From: Pseudidiomarina mangrovi
Lineage (GTDB): Bacteria > Pseudomonadota > Gammaproteobacteria > Enterobacterales > Alteromonadaceae
Reading direction: 5' to 3'
NCBI RefSeq assembly: GCF_003999375.1
Contig: NZ_RJLC01000014.1
Location: 267,193 to 307,192 of the forward strand
DNA length: 40,000 nt
Part shown: in pieces, positions 1 to 15,660 of the stretch
Numbering within the stretch: position 1 is the stretch's first letter
Layout: the number at the start of each line of letters is the position of its first letter
Position numbers and translations under genes: made by a program
Notes under the pieces: model-generated
The model's database searches: none
Seen by the model: only the letters and a program-made list of their open reading frames with translations
Told to the model about the DNA's origin: nothing

Positions 1-1850
1 GCGGTCATGCCGGAACCGAAGCCGCTCTTGCTGCAGCACGCATGGGTAGTAATACCTTATTGCTGACGCATAACATTGAAACGCTTGGACAAATGTCATG
101 TAACCCAGCGATTGGTGGTATTGGTAAAGGTCATCTGGTCAAAGAAATTGATGCCTTAGGTGGCATCATGGCTCACGCCGCTGATCACGCTGGTATCCAA
201 TTTAGAACCTTAAACTCTTCCAAAGGCCCAGCTGTAAGAGCCACTCGCGCACAAGCAGATCGTTTGCTCTATAAAGCTTACGTACGCCAGTATTTAGAAA
301 ATCAGCCGAATTTGACGCTATTTCAACAAGCCTGTGAAGATTTGATCGTGCATAACGATCGGGTGATCGGAGTGTTAACCCAAATGGGCTTAAAATTCTC
401 TGCCACCACAGTGGTGTTAACGGTAGGTACTTTTTTGGGTGGCGTGATTCACATAGGTTTAGAAAACCATCAAGGTGGGCGTGCTGGCGATCCTCCAGCC
501 AATGCACTAGCCAAACGCTTACGTGAATTACCGCTGCGCGTTGATCGGTTAAAAACCGGTACACCACCGCGTATTGATGCGCGCAGCCTCGACTTTTCGG
601 TGATGCAAGAGCAACCTGGAGATAGCCCAACCCCTATTTTTTCGTTTATGGGTAAAGCCAGCGATCATCCGCAACAAATATCGTGCTACATCACCCATAC
701 CAACGAGCAAACCCACGATGTTATTCGTGGTGGTCTTGACCGGTCACCCATGTATTCCGGTGTTATTGAGGGCATTGGCCCGCGTTATTGCCCATCCATT
801 GAAGACAAAGTCATGCGCTTTGCCGATAAGCAATCGCATCAAATCTTCGTAGAGCCTGAGGGTTTAACCACCCACGAAGTGTATCCAAACGGCATTTCCA
901 CCAGCTTACCGTTCGATGTGCAAGTCAACTTGGTGCGTTCTATCAAAGGCTTTGAAAATGCTCATATAACGCGCCCAGGTTATGCCATTGAGTATGACTT
1001 TTTTGATCCCCGCGATCTCAAGCAAACACTAGAAACCAAGTACATTCACGGCTTGTTCTTTGCCGGTCAAATCAATGGTACCACCGGTTATGAAGAAGCC
1101 GGTGCACAAGGCCTAATTGCGGGTATGAACGCGGCCTTGCAAGCCCAAGGCCATGATGGCTGGGCACCACGCCGTGACCAAGCGTACATGGGTGTGCTGA
1201 TTGATGATCTATCCACCTTAGGCACCAAAGAACCCTATCGTATGTTCACCTCACGGGCGGAATATCGCTTGTTGTTGCGTGAAGACAACGCCGATGCGCG
1301 GTTGACCGAACAAGGTCGTAAGCTGGGCCTTGTGGATGATCAACGCTGGGCGCGGTTTAACCAAAAAATGGAAGCCATTGAGCAAGAGCATCAGCGTCTG
1401 CGTGGTACCTGGGTGCATGTCAATCATGCTGCCACCCTGCAGCTAAATACGATGTTGAAAAACCCGATTAGCCGCGAAGTGAATGCCGAAGAGCTGTTAC
1501 GCCGCCCTGAAGTGAACTATGCGGATTTAATGAAAATTACTGGATTAGGGCCGGGTTTAGCGGATCAAGAAGCAGCAGAACAGGTTGAAATTAAAACCAA
1601 ATATGCCGGTTATATAGACCGCCAGCAAGATGAAATAGCCAAACAATTGCGCCATGAAAATACCTTGTTACCAGCCAGCTTTGATTACAAAACTATCAAG
1701 GGTTTGTCCAACGAGGTGGTGGCGAAATTGAACCAACATCAGCCAGAAACCATCGGCAAAGCAGCACGTATATCAGGTATCACGCCAGCGGCTATCTCCA
1801 TGCTGTTGGTGCACTTAAAAAAACAAGGCTTATTGCGCAAAAGCGCTTAA
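1..1850 (+). CDS. mnmG: tRNA uridine 5-carboxymethylaminomethyl modification enzyme MnmG (GidA), 5' end outside window
   Basis: Frame 3 is open from base 3 ([15 protein letters not shown]...), upstream of the first ATG at 42. Contains [25 protein letters not shown] and a full-length-type C-terminus; stop at 1848-1850. Confidence 0.97.
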   Translation, partial: GHAGTEAALAAARMGSNTLLLTHNIETLGQMSCNPAIGGIGKGHLVKEIDALGGIMAHAADHAGIQFRTLNSSKGPAVRATRAQADRLLYKAYVRQYLENQPNLTLFQQACEDLIVHNDRVIGVLTQMGLKFSATTVVLTVGTFLGGVIHIGLENHQGGRAGDPPANALAKRLRELPLRVDRLKTGTPPRIDARSLDFSVMQEQPGDSPTPIFSFMGKASDHPQQISCYITHTNEQTHDVIRGGLDRSPMYSGVIEGIGPRYCPSIEDKVMRFADKQSHQIFVEPEGLTTHEVYPNGISTSLPFDVQVNLVRSIKGFENAHITRPGYAIEYDFFDPRDLKQTLETKYIHGLFFAGQINGTTGYEEAGAQGLIAGMNAALQAQGHDGWAPRRDQAYMGVLIDDLSTLGTKEPYRMFTSRAEYRLLLREDNADARLTEQGRKLGLVDDQRWARFNQKMEAIEQEHQRLRGTWVHVNHAATLQLNTMLKNPISREVNAEELLRRPEVNYADLMKITGLGPGLADQEAAEQVEIKTKYAGYIDRQQDEIAKQLRHENTLLPASFDYKTIKGLSNEVVAKLNQHQPETIGKAARISGITPAAISMLLVHLKKQGLLRKSA

Positions 1851-1870
1851 TCAATAGGGTTTAACGCGCT

Positions 1871-2491
1871 ATGCAACACCGTTTACAACAGCTGCTTGAG
1901 CAAGCTGGCATTGAACTCACGCCCACCCAACTAGGCCAACAAGTGGCCTTGGTTGAGCAACTGCATAAATGGAATAAGGCTTACAATTTAACCTCGGTGC
2001 GTGACCCGCAACAGATGCTGAGCCGGCACATTGTTGATAGTTTAGTGGTGTTACCGCATTTGCATGGTCAGCGCTTTATTGATGTTGGTACTGGCCCTGG
2101 CTTGCCGGGTTTGCCATTAGCTATTGCGCGGCCTGATTGGCAGTTCGTACTGCTTGATAGTTTGGGCAAGCGCATTCGCTTTATTCGCCAAGTCTGTCAC
2201 CTGTTAAACATTAAAAATGTCACCGCAGTGCAGAGCCGTGTTGAGGATTACCAGCCCGAGCAACAATTTGATGGGGTGATAAGTAGAGCCTTTGCCTCGT
2301 TAAATGATATGCTCAGTTGGTGTCAGCACTTACCAAACGCAAATGGACAGTTTTATGCGTTAAAGGGGCAATACCCAAGTAGTGAATTAGCCAGCTTGGA
2401 TAACGCTTACCAAGTGCAAGAAATAACCAAATTGCAGGTACCTGAAGCCGATGGCGAGCGCCATTTGGTGATTATAAAAACAAGAGGTTAA
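1871..2491 (+). CDS. rsmG: 16S rRNA (guanine527-N7)-methyltransferase RsmG (GidB)
   Basis: 206 aa with SAM-binding motif [16 protein letters not shown]; directly follows mnmG as in the gidAB operon. Confidence 0.95.
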   Translation: MQHRLQQLLEQAGIELTPTQLGQQVALVEQLHKWNKAYNLTSVRDPQQMLSRHIVDSLVVLPHLHGQRFIDVGTGPGLPGLPLAIARPDWQFVLLDSLGKRIRFIRQVCHLLNIKNVTAVQSRVEDYQPEQQFDGVISRAFASLNDMLSWCQHLPNANGQFYALKGQYPSSELASLDNAYQVQEITKLQVPEADGERHLVIIKTRG

Positions 2492-2497
2492 GGCCGC

Positions 2498-3313
2498 ATG
2501 GGACGGATCATTGCAATTGCGAATCAAAAAGGTGGTGTGGGTAAAACCACCACTGCAGTGAATTTAGCTGCCTCGATGGCGGCAACACGACGTAAAGTGT
2601 TGCTTATCGACCTTGATCCGCAGGGCAATGCCACCATGGGCAGTGGTGTCGATAAATACGAGGTGGAAAATACAGCCTATGAGCTGTTAGTTGAAAAAAA
2701 GCCCATCACCGACGTCATCATCACTGAAACCACCGGTAAATATCATCTGATTGCCGCCAATGGCGATACCACCGCCGCCGATATCAAGCTGATGGAAGAA
2801 TTCGCCCGCGAGCAACGCTTAGCGCAGGCTTTGCAGTCGGTGGTGAACAACTACGATTACATCTTCATTGATTGCCCACCGTCACTCAGCATGCTCACGG
2901 TCAACGCTATGGCTGCTGCCGATTCAGTGTTAGTACCTATGCAGTGCGAGTACTTCGCGCTTGAAGGCTTAACCGCATTAATGGATACCATTGAGCGTTT
3001 AGCCGAAGCGGTCAACCCGCGGCTAACCATAGAAGGTATTTTACGCACCATGTATGACCCGCGTAATCGCCTGGCCAATGATGTGTCTGAACAACTAAAA
3101 GCGCACTTTGGTGACAAAGTGTATCGCACCGTGATCCCACGTAATGTGCGCCTTGCTGAAGCGCCAAGCTTTGGTACCCCAGCCATGTATTACGATAAGG
3201 CATCGTCAGGTGCTAAAGCCTATCTAGCGCTGGCCGGTGAATTGATTCGCCGGGCTGAACAACTAAAAAAAGCCGAAGCAGCGGCTAAAGCAGAAGGACA
3301 AGCATCGTCATGA
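2498..3313 (+). CDS. parA: chromosome partitioning ATPase ParA/Soj
   Basis: Deviant Walker A ANQKGGVGKTTT; 4-bp ATGA overlap with the downstream parB. Confidence 0.95.
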   Translation: MGRIIAIANQKGGVGKTTTAVNLAASMAATRRKVLLIDLDPQGNATMGSGVDKYEVENTAYELLVEKKPITDVIITETTGKYHLIAANGDTTAADIKLMEEFAREQRLAQALQSVVNNYDYIFIDCPPSLSMLTVNAMAAADSVLVPMQCEYFALEGLTALMDTIERLAEAVNPRLTIEGILRTMYDPRNRLANDVSEQLKAHFGDKVYRTVIPRNVRLAEAPSFGTPAMYYDKASSGAKAYLALAGELIRRAEQLKKAEAAAKAEGQASS

Positions 3314-4206
3314 CAGCCAAAAAACGCGGATTAGGGCGCGGCTTAGAGGCCTTGCTCACCAACAGCCATAAGCAACGTGAGCACGATAGCCAAGTGCCTG
3401 ATATTGAGCTAGCCACCAGTGAACTACAGCAACTACCCATAGAGTGGTTACAGCCTGGACGCTATCAACCACGCAAAGATATGGCGCCAGAAGCGCTCGA
3501 AGATTTAGCTGCATCCATTAAAGCGCAAGGCATTATCCAGCCGATTGTGGTGCGTGCTGTGGCGGAACAGCGCTACGAAATCATCGCTGGCGAACGGCGC
3601 TGGCGTGCAGCGCAACTGGCGCGCTTAGCCGAGGTACCCTGCTTAGTCAAAACCGTGGCCGATGATGCAGCCATTGCCATGGCCTTGATTGAGAATATTC
3701 AGCGTGAAGATCTCAATGCCATGGAAGAAGCCGTAGCTCTGCAGCGGTTATTAACCGAGTTTAAATTGACCCACCAAGAAGTCGCTGATGCGGTGGGTAA
3801 ATCGCGCGCCACAGTAACTAACTTGTTGCGCCTGAATAACCTCATGGCAGAAACCAAAACGCTATTAGAGCGCGGTGACATTGAGTTAGGCCATGCCAAA
3901 TTGTTGCTGGCCCTTGAAGGCGAGCAGCAAGCTGAGGTGGCACGAGTGATCGCCGCCAAGGCGTTGACCGTAAGAGAAGCCGACAAGTTGGTGCGATTGG
4001 CTTTAGAGCCACCGAAGCAGGCACCAGCAAAAGCCAGTCCTGATGCTGATATCAAACGTTTAGAACAGCGTTTGACAGAACGTTTTAGTGCCGCTGTGGC
4101 GATTAACCACAACCGTAAAGGCAAAGGTAAACTGGTGATAAATTACAGTAGCTTAGATGAGCTCGATGGTATTTTGGCGCATTTAGGCATAGCTGACGAC
4201 GGCTAA
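3310..4206 (+). CDS. parB: chromosome partitioning protein ParB/Spo0J
   Basis: ParB box IAGERRWRAA, HTH region (GKSRATVTNLLRL); translationally coupled to parA. Confidence 0.95.
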   Translation: MTAKKRGLGRGLEALLTNSHKQREHDSQVPDIELATSELQQLPIEWLQPGRYQPRKDMAPEALEDLAASIKAQGIIQPIVVRAVAEQRYEIIAGERRWRAAQLARLAEVPCLVKTVADDAAIAMALIENIQREDLNAMEEAVALQRLLTEFKLTHQEVADAVGKSRATVTNLLRLNNLMAETKTLLERGDIELGHAKLLLALEGEQQAEVARVIAAKALTVREADKLVRLALEPPKQAPAKASPDADIKRLEQRLTERFSAAVAINHNRKGKGKLVINYSSLDELDGILAHLGIADDG

Positions 4207-4219
4207 TGTTACCGATTTG

Positions 4220-4248
4220 TTTGCATTTAAAGCGCAAATCTTTATACT
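4220..4248 (+). promoter_or_regulatory. candidate sigma70 promoter of the atp operon
   Basis: TTTGCA (4220-4225), 17-bp spacer, TATACT (4243-4248), in the parB-atpI gap. Sequence match only. Confidence 0.3.
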
Positions 4249-4270
4249 ATCGCGGGCTTTTTGACGAGGT

Positions 4271-5585
<1,315 letters not shown>

Positions 5586-5611
5586 TTTTTTGTTTTACTT
5601 TTAACCTTTGA

Positions 5612-5866
<255 letters not shown>

Positions 5867-5910
5867 GGTCCTTTGTCACCACTCGAACAACTGAACTAAG
5901 GGGGTAGGTC

Positions 5911-6381
5911 GTGAGTTTAAACATGACCCTGTTCGGCGAATTGATTGCCTTTATCGTCTTCGTACTATTCTGTATGAAGTTCGTATGGCCACCGCTGAAC
6001 AACGCAATTGAAGCCCGTCAGCAGAAAATCTCTGATGGTCTTGCTGCCGGTGAACGCGCAGAAAAAGACCTGCAACTCGCGCAAGCGAAGATTGCTGACG
6101 AGTTAAAAGAAGCGAAAGCGCAAGCTGCTGAAATCATTGCCCAAGCGAAGAAACGCGCTGAGGACAGTGTTGAAGAAGGCAAAAAGCGTGGCGAGCAAGA
6201 GCGTGAGAACATCATTGCTGCTGGCCAAGCTGAAGTGCAAGCTGAGCGCAATCGTTTACGTGAAGAACTGCGCAAGCAAGTGGCCATGTTAGCCATTGCT
6301 GGTGCAGAAAAAATTATCGAGCGTGAAATTGATAAAAACGCTCACAGTGACATCGTTGAAAAACTGGTCGCTGAACTCTAA
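5911..6381 (+). CDS. atpF: F0F1 ATP synthase subunit b
   Basis: N-terminus [27 protein letters not shown] aligns with E. coli b subunit; long charged helix; GTG start. Confidence 0.93.
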   Translation: MSLNMTLFGELIAFIVFVLFCMKFVWPPLNNAIEARQQKISDGLAAGERAEKDLQLAQAKIADELKEAKAQAAEIIAQAKKRAEDSVEEGKKRGEQERENIIAAGQAEVQAERNRLREELRKQVAMLAIAGAEKIIEREIDKNAHSDIVEKLVAEL

Positions 6382-6399
6382 CCAAAGGGGTCTGTGCAA

Positions 6400-6933
6400 A
6401 TGTCAGAATTGACTACGGTTGCTCGCCCCTATGCAAAAGCAGCTTTTGATTTTGCAGTAGAGCATGGCGCTATCGAAAAATGGCACGAAATGTTGGTGTT
6501 TGCAGCTGCGGTTGCAACCGATGCCACCATGTCGACCTTTTTGAGCAGCGCCGAAACGCTAGAAAAGAAGACTCATGTGTTTGTTCAAGTCTGCGGTGAG
6601 CAGCTCGACAACCATGGCCAAAACTTTGTCAAAGTCATGGCTGAAAATGGTCGCTTGAAAGCGTTACCTGCAGTTGCAACTCTGTATAGCGAGTTGCGTG
6701 CTGAACACGAAAAAGAAATCGCCGTAGACGTAACCTCGGCGGTTAAATTGACGAAGAAGCAGCAGGATGATCTGGCAAAAGCGTTAGAGCAACGTTTTTC
6801 ACGCAAAGTTAAGCTGAATTGCACCGTTGATAGCGCCATTACCGGCGGCTTGTTCATCAAAGCTGGTGACACAGTGATTGACGGTACGGTGCGCGGCAAG
6901 CTAACTCGCTTAGCCCACGCATTGCAATCCTAA
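6400..6933 (+). CDS. atpH: F0F1 ATP synthase subunit delta
   Basis: [23 protein letters not shown] matches the canonical delta N-terminus. ATG 6400 preferred over GTG 6394. Confidence 0.93.
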   Translation: MSELTTVARPYAKAAFDFAVEHGAIEKWHEMLVFAAAVATDATMSTFLSSAETLEKKTHVFVQVCGEQLDNHGQNFVKVMAENGRLKALPAVATLYSELRAEHEKEIAVDVTSAVKLTKKQQDDLAKALEQRFSRKVKLNCTVDSAITGGLFIKAGDTVIDGTVRGKLTRLAHALQS

Positions 6934-6947
6934 TTGGGGACTTGAGC

Positions 6948-8489
6948 ATGCAACTGAATTCAAATGAAATCGCAGAACTGATCAAGAAACGTATTGATCA
7001 GTTTGAAGTGGTCAGTGAAGCGCGTAACGAAGGTACTATCGTCTCGGTAACCGACGGTATTATTCGCGTTCACGGCCTTGCCGACTGTATGCAGGGCGAG
7101 ATGATCGAACTGCCAGGCAACCGTTATGCTATCGCCTTGAACCTTGAGCGCGACTCGGTAGGTGCGGTTGTTATGGGTCCGTACGCGGACTTGCAAGAAG
7201 GCGTAAAAGTAAAATCGACTGGCCGTATCTTAGAAGTGCCAGTAGGTCGCGCCTTGTTAGGCCGCGTGGTCAACACCTTGGGCTTACCGATTGACGGTAA
7301 AGGCCCAATCGAAGCCGATGGTTTCGAGCCGGTTGAGAAAATCGCGCCAGGTGTTATTGAGCGTCAATCGGTTGATCAGCCAGTACAAACTGGTTACAAA
7401 TCAATCGACTCGATGATTCCAGTTGGCCGTGGCCAGCGTGAATTGATCATCGGTGACCGCCAAACTGGTAAAACTGCTTTAGCTATCGACGCCATCATCA
7501 ATCAGAAAAACTCTGGTATTAAGTGTGTGTACGTAGCTATCGGTCAGAAAGCCTCGACCATTGCCAACGTAGTACGCAAGCTCGAAGAGCACGGCGCTTT
7601 AGCCAACACTATTGTGGTTGCGGCATCGGCTTCTGAATCTGCGGCACTGCAATACTTGGCGGCCTATTCTGGCTGTACCATGGGTGAATACTTCCGTGAT
7701 CGTGGTGAAGATGCACTGATCGTATACGATGACCTGTCTAAGCAAGCTGTTGCTTACCGTCAGATCTCATTGTTGCTGCGTCGTCCGCCAGGTCGTGAAG
7801 CTTACCCAGGTGACGTATTCTATTTGCACTCCCGCTTACTAGAGCGTGCAGCGCGAGTAAACGCTGACTATGTTGAGAAATACACCAATGGTGAAGTGAA
7901 AGGCCAAACCGGTTCATTGACCGCACTGCCAATCATTGAAACCCAAGCTGGTGACGTATCAGCATTCGTACCAACCAACGTGATTTCAATCACCGATGGT
8001 CAGATCTTCTTAGAAACTGACTTGTTTAACGCCGGTATTCGCCCTGCGGTAAACGCTGGTATCTCGGTATCGCGGGTTGGTGGTGCAGCGCAAACCAAAA
8101 TCATCAAGAAATTGGGTGGTGGTATCCGTTTGGCCTTGGCTCAGTACCGTGAATTGGCGGCATTCGCCCAGTTCGCTTCTGACCTAGATGAAGCCACACG
8201 TTCACAGTTAGAGCACGGTCAACGTGTTACCGAACTGATGAAGCAGAACCAGTACCAGCCAATGAGCGTTGGCGAAATGGCCGTATCTATTTTCGCCGCT
8301 GAAAAAGGCTATCTGAAAGACGTTGAACTGAACAAAGTTTTAGACTTTGAAGCAGCGTTGATTGCCTACATGCGTAGCACGCATGGCGACTTGATGGCTG
8401 ACATTGATGCGACTGGCAACTATAACGATGCGATTGAAGCCAAACTGCACGAAGGCCTCAAAACCTTCAAGAAAACGCAGTCTTGGTAA
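6948..8489 (+). CDS. atpA: F0F1 ATP synthase subunit alpha
   Basis: [16 protein letters not shown]... N-terminus; Walker A GDRQTGKT. Confidence 0.98.
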   Translation: MQLNSNEIAELIKKRIDQFEVVSEARNEGTIVSVTDGIIRVHGLADCMQGEMIELPGNRYAIALNLERDSVGAVVMGPYADLQEGVKVKSTGRILEVPVGRALLGRVVNTLGLPIDGKGPIEADGFEPVEKIAPGVIERQSVDQPVQTGYKSIDSMIPVGRGQRELIIGDRQTGKTALAIDAIINQKNSGIKCVYVAIGQKASTIANVVRKLEEHGALANTIVVAASASESAALQYLAAYSGCTMGEYFRDRGEDALIVYDDLSKQAVAYRQISLLLRRPPGREAYPGDVFYLHSRLLERAARVNADYVEKYTNGEVKGQTGSLTALPIIETQAGDVSAFVPTNVISITDGQIFLETDLFNAGIRPAVNAGISVSRVGGAAQTKIIKKLGGGIRLALAQYRELAAFAQFASDLDEATRSQLEHGQRVTELMKQNQYQPMSVGEMAVSIFAAEKGYLKDVELNKVLDFEAALIAYMRSTHGDLMADIDATGNYNDAIEAKLHEGLKTFKKTQSW

Positions 8490-8545
8490 GCGCCACGTGG
8501 CCACTCATGCAGTGGCCACAGGTCGTTAAGTAACAGGAGATTATC

Positions 8546-9412
8546 ATGGCCGTCGGTAAAGAAATAAAGACCAAGATCGGGAGTATTAACAATACTCAGA
8601 AGATCACCAGTGCTATGGAAATGGTGGCTGCGTCGAAAATGCGTAAGGCGCAGGAACGGATGGCCTCAAGCCGCCCGTATGCCGATAGTATCTACAAAGT
8701 GATCGGCCATGTTGCCCACGCTAACTTAGAGTTCCGCCACCCGTATTTGGTAGAGCGCGAAGTAAAACGTGTTGGTTACATTGTCATTTCAACCGACCGT
8801 GGTTTATGTGGCGGTTTGAACACCAACGAATTTAAAGCGGTGGTCAAGCACGCAAAAACACAGAAAGACGCCGGAATTGAAGTGGACTTTGCTGCCATTG
8901 GTAACAAGGCAACAGGTTTCTTTAAACGTTTTGGTGGCCGTTTACTGGCACAAACCTCAGGCCTTGGCGATAAGCCAAGCGTGAACGATGTGCTCGGGAC
9001 TGTACAAGTACTGTTAGATGCCTTTGATGAAGGCAAACTAGACCGTCTGTACCTGGTGTATAACAAGTTTGTGAACACCATGAAGCAAGAACCAACGATA
9101 GCCCAATTGCTACCGTTGCCAAAAGCTGAGTCTCGCGATGAAGTTCAATCAGGTAGCTGGGACTACTTGTATGAGCCTGACGCCCAACCCATTTTGGAAA
9201 CGCTGATCCGTCGCTTCGTAGAAGTGACTGTGTATCAAGGGGTTGTGGATAACATCGCCAGTGAACAGGCAGCGCGGATGGTGGCTATGAAGGCCGCTAC
9301 CGACAACGCCGAAGACCTGATTGATCAATTGCGCTTGGTGTATAACAAAGCTCGCCAAGCAGCGATTACGCAGGAAATTTCGGAAATTGTATCGGGCGCC
9401 GGAGCGGTATAA
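8546..9412 (+). CDS. atpG: F0F1 ATP synthase subunit gamma
   Basis: 288 aa; [19 protein letters not shown]-terminus and [13 protein letters not shown]-terminus. Confidence 0.96.
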   Translation: MAVGKEIKTKIGSINNTQKITSAMEMVAASKMRKAQERMASSRPYADSIYKVIGHVAHANLEFRHPYLVEREVKRVGYIVISTDRGLCGGLNTNEFKAVVKHAKTQKDAGIEVDFAAIGNKATGFFKRFGGRLLAQTSGLGDKPSVNDVLGTVQVLLDAFDEGKLDRLYLVYNKFVNTMKQEPTIAQLLPLPKAESRDEVQSGSWDYLYEPDAQPILETLIRRFVEVTVYQGVVDNIASEQAARMVAMKAATDNAEDLIDQLRLVYNKARQAAITQEISEIVSGAGAV

Positions 9413-10837
<1,425 letters not shown>

Positions 10838-10850
10838 CCGGGAGGTTTAA

Positions 10851-11267
10851 ATGGCAGCTAAAACTGTACAGCTTGACGTGGTCAGCGCCGAAGAGAAGAT
10901 TTTCTCGGGTGCGGTGCAGACCGTGCAAGTGACCGGTAGCGAAGGTGAGCTGGGTGTGTACCCAGGCCACGCGCCACTGTTAACCCTGATCAAACCAGGT
11001 ATGGTGCGGTTGGTGTTAGAAGACGGTGCTGAGCAAATCATCTATGTTGCCGGCGGCGTGCTAGAAGTGCAGCCACACAACGTCACGGTACTTGCTGATA
11101 CAGCCGTACGCGGCGACGAGCTTGACGAACAACAAGCTCTTGCCGCAAAACAACGGGCTGAAGCAGCAATTGCAGATTCAAGCTCAGACCTCAGCTACGC
11201 CGAAGCAGCTGCGGAATTAGCCCGGGCGTTGGCACAGTTACAGATTATTCGCAAAATCAAAAAATAA
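10851..11267 (+). CDS. atpC: F0F1 ATP synthase subunit epsilon
   Basis: 138 aa, last gene of the atp operon; [12 protein letters not shown]-terminal motif. Confidence 0.95.
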   Translation: MAAKTVQLDVVSAEEKIFSGAVQTVQVTGSEGELGVYPGHAPLLTLIKPGMVRLVLEDGAEQIIYVAGGVLEVQPHNVTVLADTAVRGDELDEQQALAAKQRAEAAIADSSSDLSYAEAAAELARALAQLQIIRKIKK

Positions 11268-11303
11268 TCCGTAGCAGCGCGACCAGAGCGAAAAGAAAGT
11301 GAA

Positions 11304-11338
11304 AAGACCCGACGGTTATGCCGATCGGGTCTTTTTTT
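11304..11338 (+). terminator. rho-independent terminator of the atp operon
   Basis: 9-bp perfect stem AAGACCCGA (11304-11312) / TCGGGTCTT (11325-11333), followed by a T-run to 11338. Confidence 0.8.
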
Positions 11339-11410
11339 GCGCTGTTAATTTTCTGTGAACCAAGTAAAATAACCCCTATTATTTGTAACATCGCAAGATT
11401 GGACGGATTC

Positions 11411-12778
11411 ATGGCGTTAAGTGTTGTAGTCCTTGCCGCTGGCAAAGGCACCCGGATGCGCTCCGCGCTCCCTAAAGTTCTTCACCCTGTTGCCCATAAA
11501 CCTATGGTGCAGCACGTGATTGACACCGCACAGCAATTGCACCCAAGCACGGTACACGTGATCTACGGTCACGGTGGCGACGCATTGAAAACAGCCCTTA
11601 AGGGGCAGGCAGTTAATTTTGTTGAGCAAGCAGAACAGCTCGGCACCGGCCATGCCGTGCAGCAAGTTGTGCCACACTTGGGTAGCGACGAAAAAGTATT
11701 GATTCTATATGGCGATGTGCCATTAACCCGTTTGGCTACCTTGAAAACCTTACTGGCCGCCGCAGAGAAAACCGACCTGGCGTTGCTGACCGTCACCCTG
11801 CCCGACCCCAACGGCTATGGCCGTATTGTGCGCAGCAAGCAAGGCGCGGTAAGCGGCATCGTGGAGCAAAAAGATGCCAACATTGCGCAGCTGGCTATTA
11901 CCGAAGTAAACACTGGCATGATGGTGGTGCATAGTGCCTCGTTGAAGCGCTGGCTGGCCAACTTACAAAACAACAACGCCCAAGGCGAATTTTACCTAAC
12001 CGATATCGTTGCTATGGCAGCGGTCGAGGGCGTGAAAATTGCCACCAGCCAGCCTGACGAGATTAGCGAAGTAGAAGGTGCGAATAACCGCGTGCAATTG
12101 GCCGCGTTAGAGCGTGCTTACCAACTGCGTCAAGCCGAGCAGCTGATGATTAGCGGCGCCACCTTGATGGACCCAGCACGCGTGGATGTGCGCGGCCAGG
12201 TCACCGTTGGTAGCGATGTGGTGATTGATGCCAACGTTATTTTTGAAGGCCGTGTGGAACTTGCCGATGGCGTGGTGATCGAAAGCAATTGTGTGCTGCG
12301 CAACTGCAAAATTGGTGCCGATAGCCGGGTAAAATCTCACTCGGTGATTGAGGGTGCAGAACTAGCTGCCGGTTGTAGCGTCGGTCCGTTTGCCCGCTTG
12401 CGCCCAGGCGCTGTGTTGGAACAAGGCGCCGCCATTGGCAACTTTGTGGAAGTGAAAAACACCCGCATGGGGCCCGGCGCAAAAGCTAGCCATTTGACCT
12501 ATTTAGGCGATGCCGTGGTGGGCGCTGCAGCAAATATCGGCGCAGGTACCATCACTTGTAATTATGATGGCGCCAACAAGCATCTGACCGAAATTGGCGC
12601 CGGCGCATTTATTGGCTCCAACAGCTCGCTGGTCGCCCCAGTGCAAATTGGCGATAACGCCACCGTAGGCGCCGGTTCAACCATTACCAAAGCCGTTGCA
12701 GCAGGTGAGTTAGCTGTTGCGCGCGGTAAACAAATCACTATTTCAGGCTGGCAACGGCCGGTTAAAAAGGAACAATAA
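11411..12778 (+). CDS. glmU: bifunctional UDP-N-acetylglucosamine diphosphorylase / glucosamine-1-phosphate N-acetyltransferase
   Basis: [19 protein letters not shown]-terminus at ATG 11411. The track ORF start at 11318 lies inside the atp terminator, so I rejected it. Left-handed beta-helix hexapeptide repeats in the C-terminal half. Confidence 0.96.
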   Translation: MALSVVVLAAGKGTRMRSALPKVLHPVAHKPMVQHVIDTAQQLHPSTVHVIYGHGGDALKTALKGQAVNFVEQAEQLGTGHAVQQVVPHLGSDEKVLILYGDVPLTRLATLKTLLAAAEKTDLALLTVTLPDPNGYGRIVRSKQGAVSGIVEQKDANIAQLAITEVNTGMMVVHSASLKRWLANLQNNNAQGEFYLTDIVAMAAVEGVKIATSQPDEISEVEGANNRVQLAALERAYQLRQAEQLMISGATLMDPARVDVRGQVTVGSDVVIDANVIFEGRVELADGVVIESNCVLRNCKIGADSRVKSHSVIEGAELAAGCSVGPFARLRPGAVLEQGAAIGNFVEVKNTRMGPGAKASHLTYLGDAVVGAAANIGAGTITCNYDGANKHLTEIGAGAFIGSNSSLVAPVQIGDNATVGAGSTITKAVAAGELAVARGKQITISGWQRPVKKEQ

Positions 12779-12780
12779 GC

Positions 12781-14613
12781 ATGTGTGGAATTGTTGGCGC
12801 GACATCGGAACGTCGTATTAGCGAGATCTTAGTTGAGGGCCTCAAACGGCTGGAATACCGCGGCTATGATTCCGCCGGCTTAGCGGTGTTAAGCGAGAGC
12901 GGTAGCATTGAGTGCGTGCGGCGCACCGGCAAAGTCCAGGCGCTGAAAGACGCCATTGGCGATACCCCGTTAGCCGGTACCACCGGTATTGCGCATACCC
13001 GTTGGGCAACCCACGGTGGCGTCACCGAAGCCAATGCCCACCCGCACATTTCGGAAAACTGCATTGCCGTGGTGCATAACGGTATCATCGAAAACCATGA
13101 AAAGCTGCGCGCGCAATTGCAGGCGCTTGGCTATGTGTTCAACTCAGATACCGACACCGAAGTAATTTGCCATTTGGTGCATCATCAGCGCAAAACAGAA
13201 AGCGACCTATTTAAAGCGGTACAAGCCGCAGTGCGTCAATTAGAAGGCGCTTACGGCACGGTGGTGATGGACTGTCGCGAACCTGGCCGTTTGGTGGTTG
13301 CGCGTTCTGGTAGCCCGCTAGTGATTGGTTTAGGCATTGGCGAAAACTTTATCGCCTCTGACCAACTGGCGTTGTTGCCAGTGACTCGTCAGTTTATGTA
13401 CCTCGAAGAAGGCGACATGGCCGACATCACCCGTACCAGCGTGAAAGTTTATGACCGCAGTGGTGCATTGGTGCAGCGCGACGTGCACGAATCAGACGGC
13501 CAATACGATGCTGGCGGTAAAGGCCAATACCGGCACTTTATGCTGAAAGAAATTCACGAGCAGCCAACTGCCGTGCGTAATGCTCTAGAGGGTCGTTTAG
13601 TGCATGGCCAAGTAGCTGATGATGCCTTTGGCCCCGGCTCTATGGATCTGTTGAAGGATATTGAGCACGTCCAAATTGTCGCCTGTGGCACCTCCTATCA
13701 CGCTGGTATGGTGGCGCGCTACTGGCTGGAATCCATGGCTGGCGTGTCGTGTAATGTGGAAATCGCATCAGAGTTCCGCTATCGCAAGTCACACGTGCAT
13801 CGCAACAGCTTGTTGGTCACCATTTCACAATCTGGCGAAACTGCCGATACCCTAGCAGCGCTGCGGCTGTCTAAAGAGCTCAGCTATCGTGGCAGCTTGA
13901 CCATTTGTAACGTGGCAACCTCATCCATGGTGCGCGAGTCTGATCTCAACTACATGACCCGCGCCGGCGCGGAAATTGGCGTAGCCTCCACCAAAGCCTT
14001 CACCACCCAGTTAGTGGGCTTATTGATGTTGGTACTGGCCATTGGCCAACACCGTGGCATCTCAGACAAGTGCCGCAACGCTATTGTCAGCGGCCTGCAA
14101 GCGCTGCCAGCTAAGCTTGAAGAAGCGCTGCTGTTGAGCGATGAGATTGAAGCTCTAGCGCCAGAATTTGCAGACAAATTCCATAGCTTGTTCTTAGGCC
14201 GTGGTACGCAATATCCGATTGCAATGGAAGGCGCGTTGAAGCTGAAAGAGATCTCCTACATTCACGCTGAAGCTTACGCCGCTGGCGAGCTCAAACACGG
14301 CCCATTGGCGTTGATTGACGCCGACATGCCGGTCATCGTGGTAGCACCTAACGATGAGCTGCTGGAGAAGCTGAAATCCAACGTGGAAGAAGTACGCGCC
14401 CGTGGCGGCATTATGTATGTGTTCGCCGATAAAGACGCCCACTTTAAGAGCGACACCAGCATGCGCGTGATCAACGTCAGCCATTGTGACGAGCTGATTG
14501 CGCCCATCGTTTACACCATTCCGTTACAGTTGCTGTCGTACTTCGTGGCCATCATCAAAGGCACCGACGTAGACCAGCCGCGCAACTTGGCAAAATCGGT
14601 AACGGTGGAGTAA
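12781..14613 (+). CDS. glmS: glutamine--fructose-6-phosphate aminotransferase
   Basis: MCGIVG N-terminal nucleophile, two SIS domains, canonical C-terminus NLAKSVTVE. Confidence 0.98.
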   Translation: MCGIVGATSERRISEILVEGLKRLEYRGYDSAGLAVLSESGSIECVRRTGKVQALKDAIGDTPLAGTTGIAHTRWATHGGVTEANAHPHISENCIAVVHNGIIENHEKLRAQLQALGYVFNSDTDTEVICHLVHHQRKTESDLFKAVQAAVRQLEGAYGTVVMDCREPGRLVVARSGSPLVIGLGIGENFIASDQLALLPVTRQFMYLEEGDMADITRTSVKVYDRSGALVQRDVHESDGQYDAGGKGQYRHFMLKEIHEQPTAVRNALEGRLVHGQVADDAFGPGSMDLLKDIEHVQIVACGTSYHAGMVARYWLESMAGVSCNVEIASEFRYRKSHVHRNSLLVTISQSGETADTLAALRLSKELSYRGSLTICNVATSSMVRESDLNYMTRAGAEIGVASTKAFTTQLVGLLMLVLAIGQHRGISDKCRNAIVSGLQALPAKLEEALLLSDEIEALAPEFADKFHSLFLGRGTQYPIAMEGALKLKEISYIHAEAYAAGELKHGPLALIDADMPVIVVAPNDELLEKLKSNVEEVRARGGIMYVFADKDAHFKSDTSMRVINVSHCDELIAPIVYTIPLQLLSYFVAIIKGTDVDQPRNLAKSVTVE

Positions 14614-14625
14614 TTCCACCGTTTT
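14601..14625. terminator. hairpin spanning the glmS stop codon, between convergent glmS and intI (possible bidirectional terminator)
   Basis: Perfect 9-bp stem AACGGTGGA (14601-14609) / TCCACCGTT (14615-14623), 5-nt loop containing the glmS TAA, short T-run after. The intI stop starts at 14624. Confidence 0.5.
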
Positions 14626-15598
14626 ACTGGTTGCTGATTAGCCGATCAAGCGGGCTAGCTGTGCCCGCATAATGTTGACCAATGACGTGTGTATAAATTT
14701 GAGTTGTACTCACGTCGTTGTGCCCTAGCAGTTCTTGTACTGTTCTAATGTCGCATCCCGCTTGTAATAGATGGGTGGCAAAGGAATGTCGAAACGTATG
14801 ACAATTCACCTTTTTAAATATTTTCGCCGCCTTCACAGCAGGTTGTAGCGCCTTGCGCACCACGCTGTCATGCAAATGATGACGGCAAAGAACCCCAGAA
14901 TATGGGTGCTTACATAGGCTTGTTGCCGGAAAGACAAACATCCATCCAGGTTGTTTATAAGCATTTGGATATTTCCTATCGAGCGCATTAGGCATCGATG
15001 GCCCAAGTCCATTCTTGTTATCCTCTATCTGAACAGTCAAAGCTGTTTCGATGGCTTGTTGTAATGGTTCAATAAGCCTTTGGCTAAGAAGGGTTTGCCG
15101 ATCTTTCTTGCCCTTACCGTCACGAACGGTAAGGGCAGCATGACTAAAATTGATATCTTGCACCCGTAAACGAAGCGCCTCACTTACTCTTAAACCGCTA
15201 CCGTATAGGAGTTCAATAATCAGCTTATTTCGACCACTAAGCTGGTTTAAAATGCGCTGAACTTCCTCAGGTGAAAGCACTACAGGCAACTGACGCTGTT
15301 TAGTGGCAAGGCTAAAATTGAGTTCACCTAGTTCCTGATTCAGCGCTTTGTGATACAGATACACCAAAGCATTTAGAGCAACTTTTTGCGTATTTACAGC
15401 AACATGGCGCTCATTAGCCAACCAACTTAAAAAGGCCTTCACCTCTTCCGCGCCCATATCATTAGGGTGTTGTTTTTTATGAAAATAAATAAACTGCCGT
15501 ATCCAACCTAAATAAGATTTCTCAGTTTTTAAGCTATAGCCACGCAATCGCATATCAGCGCGAAGTTTTTCAATAAAAGGGCTCGGCATCATTAACAT
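14624..15598 (-). CDS. intI: integron integrase IntI (appears intact)
   Basis: PSPFIEKLRADMRLRGYSLKTEKSYLGWIRQFIYFH N-terminus. Catalytic set present: R in GSGLRVSEALRLRV, GKGKKDR, HTFRHSFATHLL, GH, IYTHV. Contains the integron-specific extra segment ALDRKYPNAYKQPGWMFVFP. Start ambiguous: ATG 15598/15592/15589, or GTG 15649 in the ORF track. Confidence 0.93.
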   Translation of the reverse strand: MLMMPSPFIEKLRADMRLRGYSLKTEKSYLGWIRQFIYFHKKQHPNDMGAEEVKAFLSWLANERHVAVNTQKVALNALVYLYHKALNQELGELNFSLATKQRQLPVVLSPEEVQRILNQLSGRNKLIIELLYGSGLRVSEALRLRVQDINFSHAALTVRDGKGKKDRQTLLSQRLIEPLQQAIETALTVQIEDNKNGLGPSMPNALDRKYPNAYKQPGWMFVFPATSLCKHPYSGVLCRHHLHDSVVRKALQPAVKAAKIFKKVNCHTFRHSFATHLLQAGCDIRTVQELLGHNDVSTTQIYTHVIGQHYAGTASPLDRLISNQ

Positions 15599-15660
15599 CC
15601 ATGATTTTTGATAATCGTGAGTTAATAAGCATAATCGATCAATCGGCACGCTTCACGGCT

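Noticed and set aside
14614-14720. A Tn7-like transposon inserted at attTn7 downstream of glmS (class 2 integrons ride on Tn7).
   Set aside because: There is no Tn7-type terminal repeat (TGT... end with 22-bp TnsB sites) after glmS and no tnsABCDE-like genes anywhere in the window. intI abuts glmS directly.
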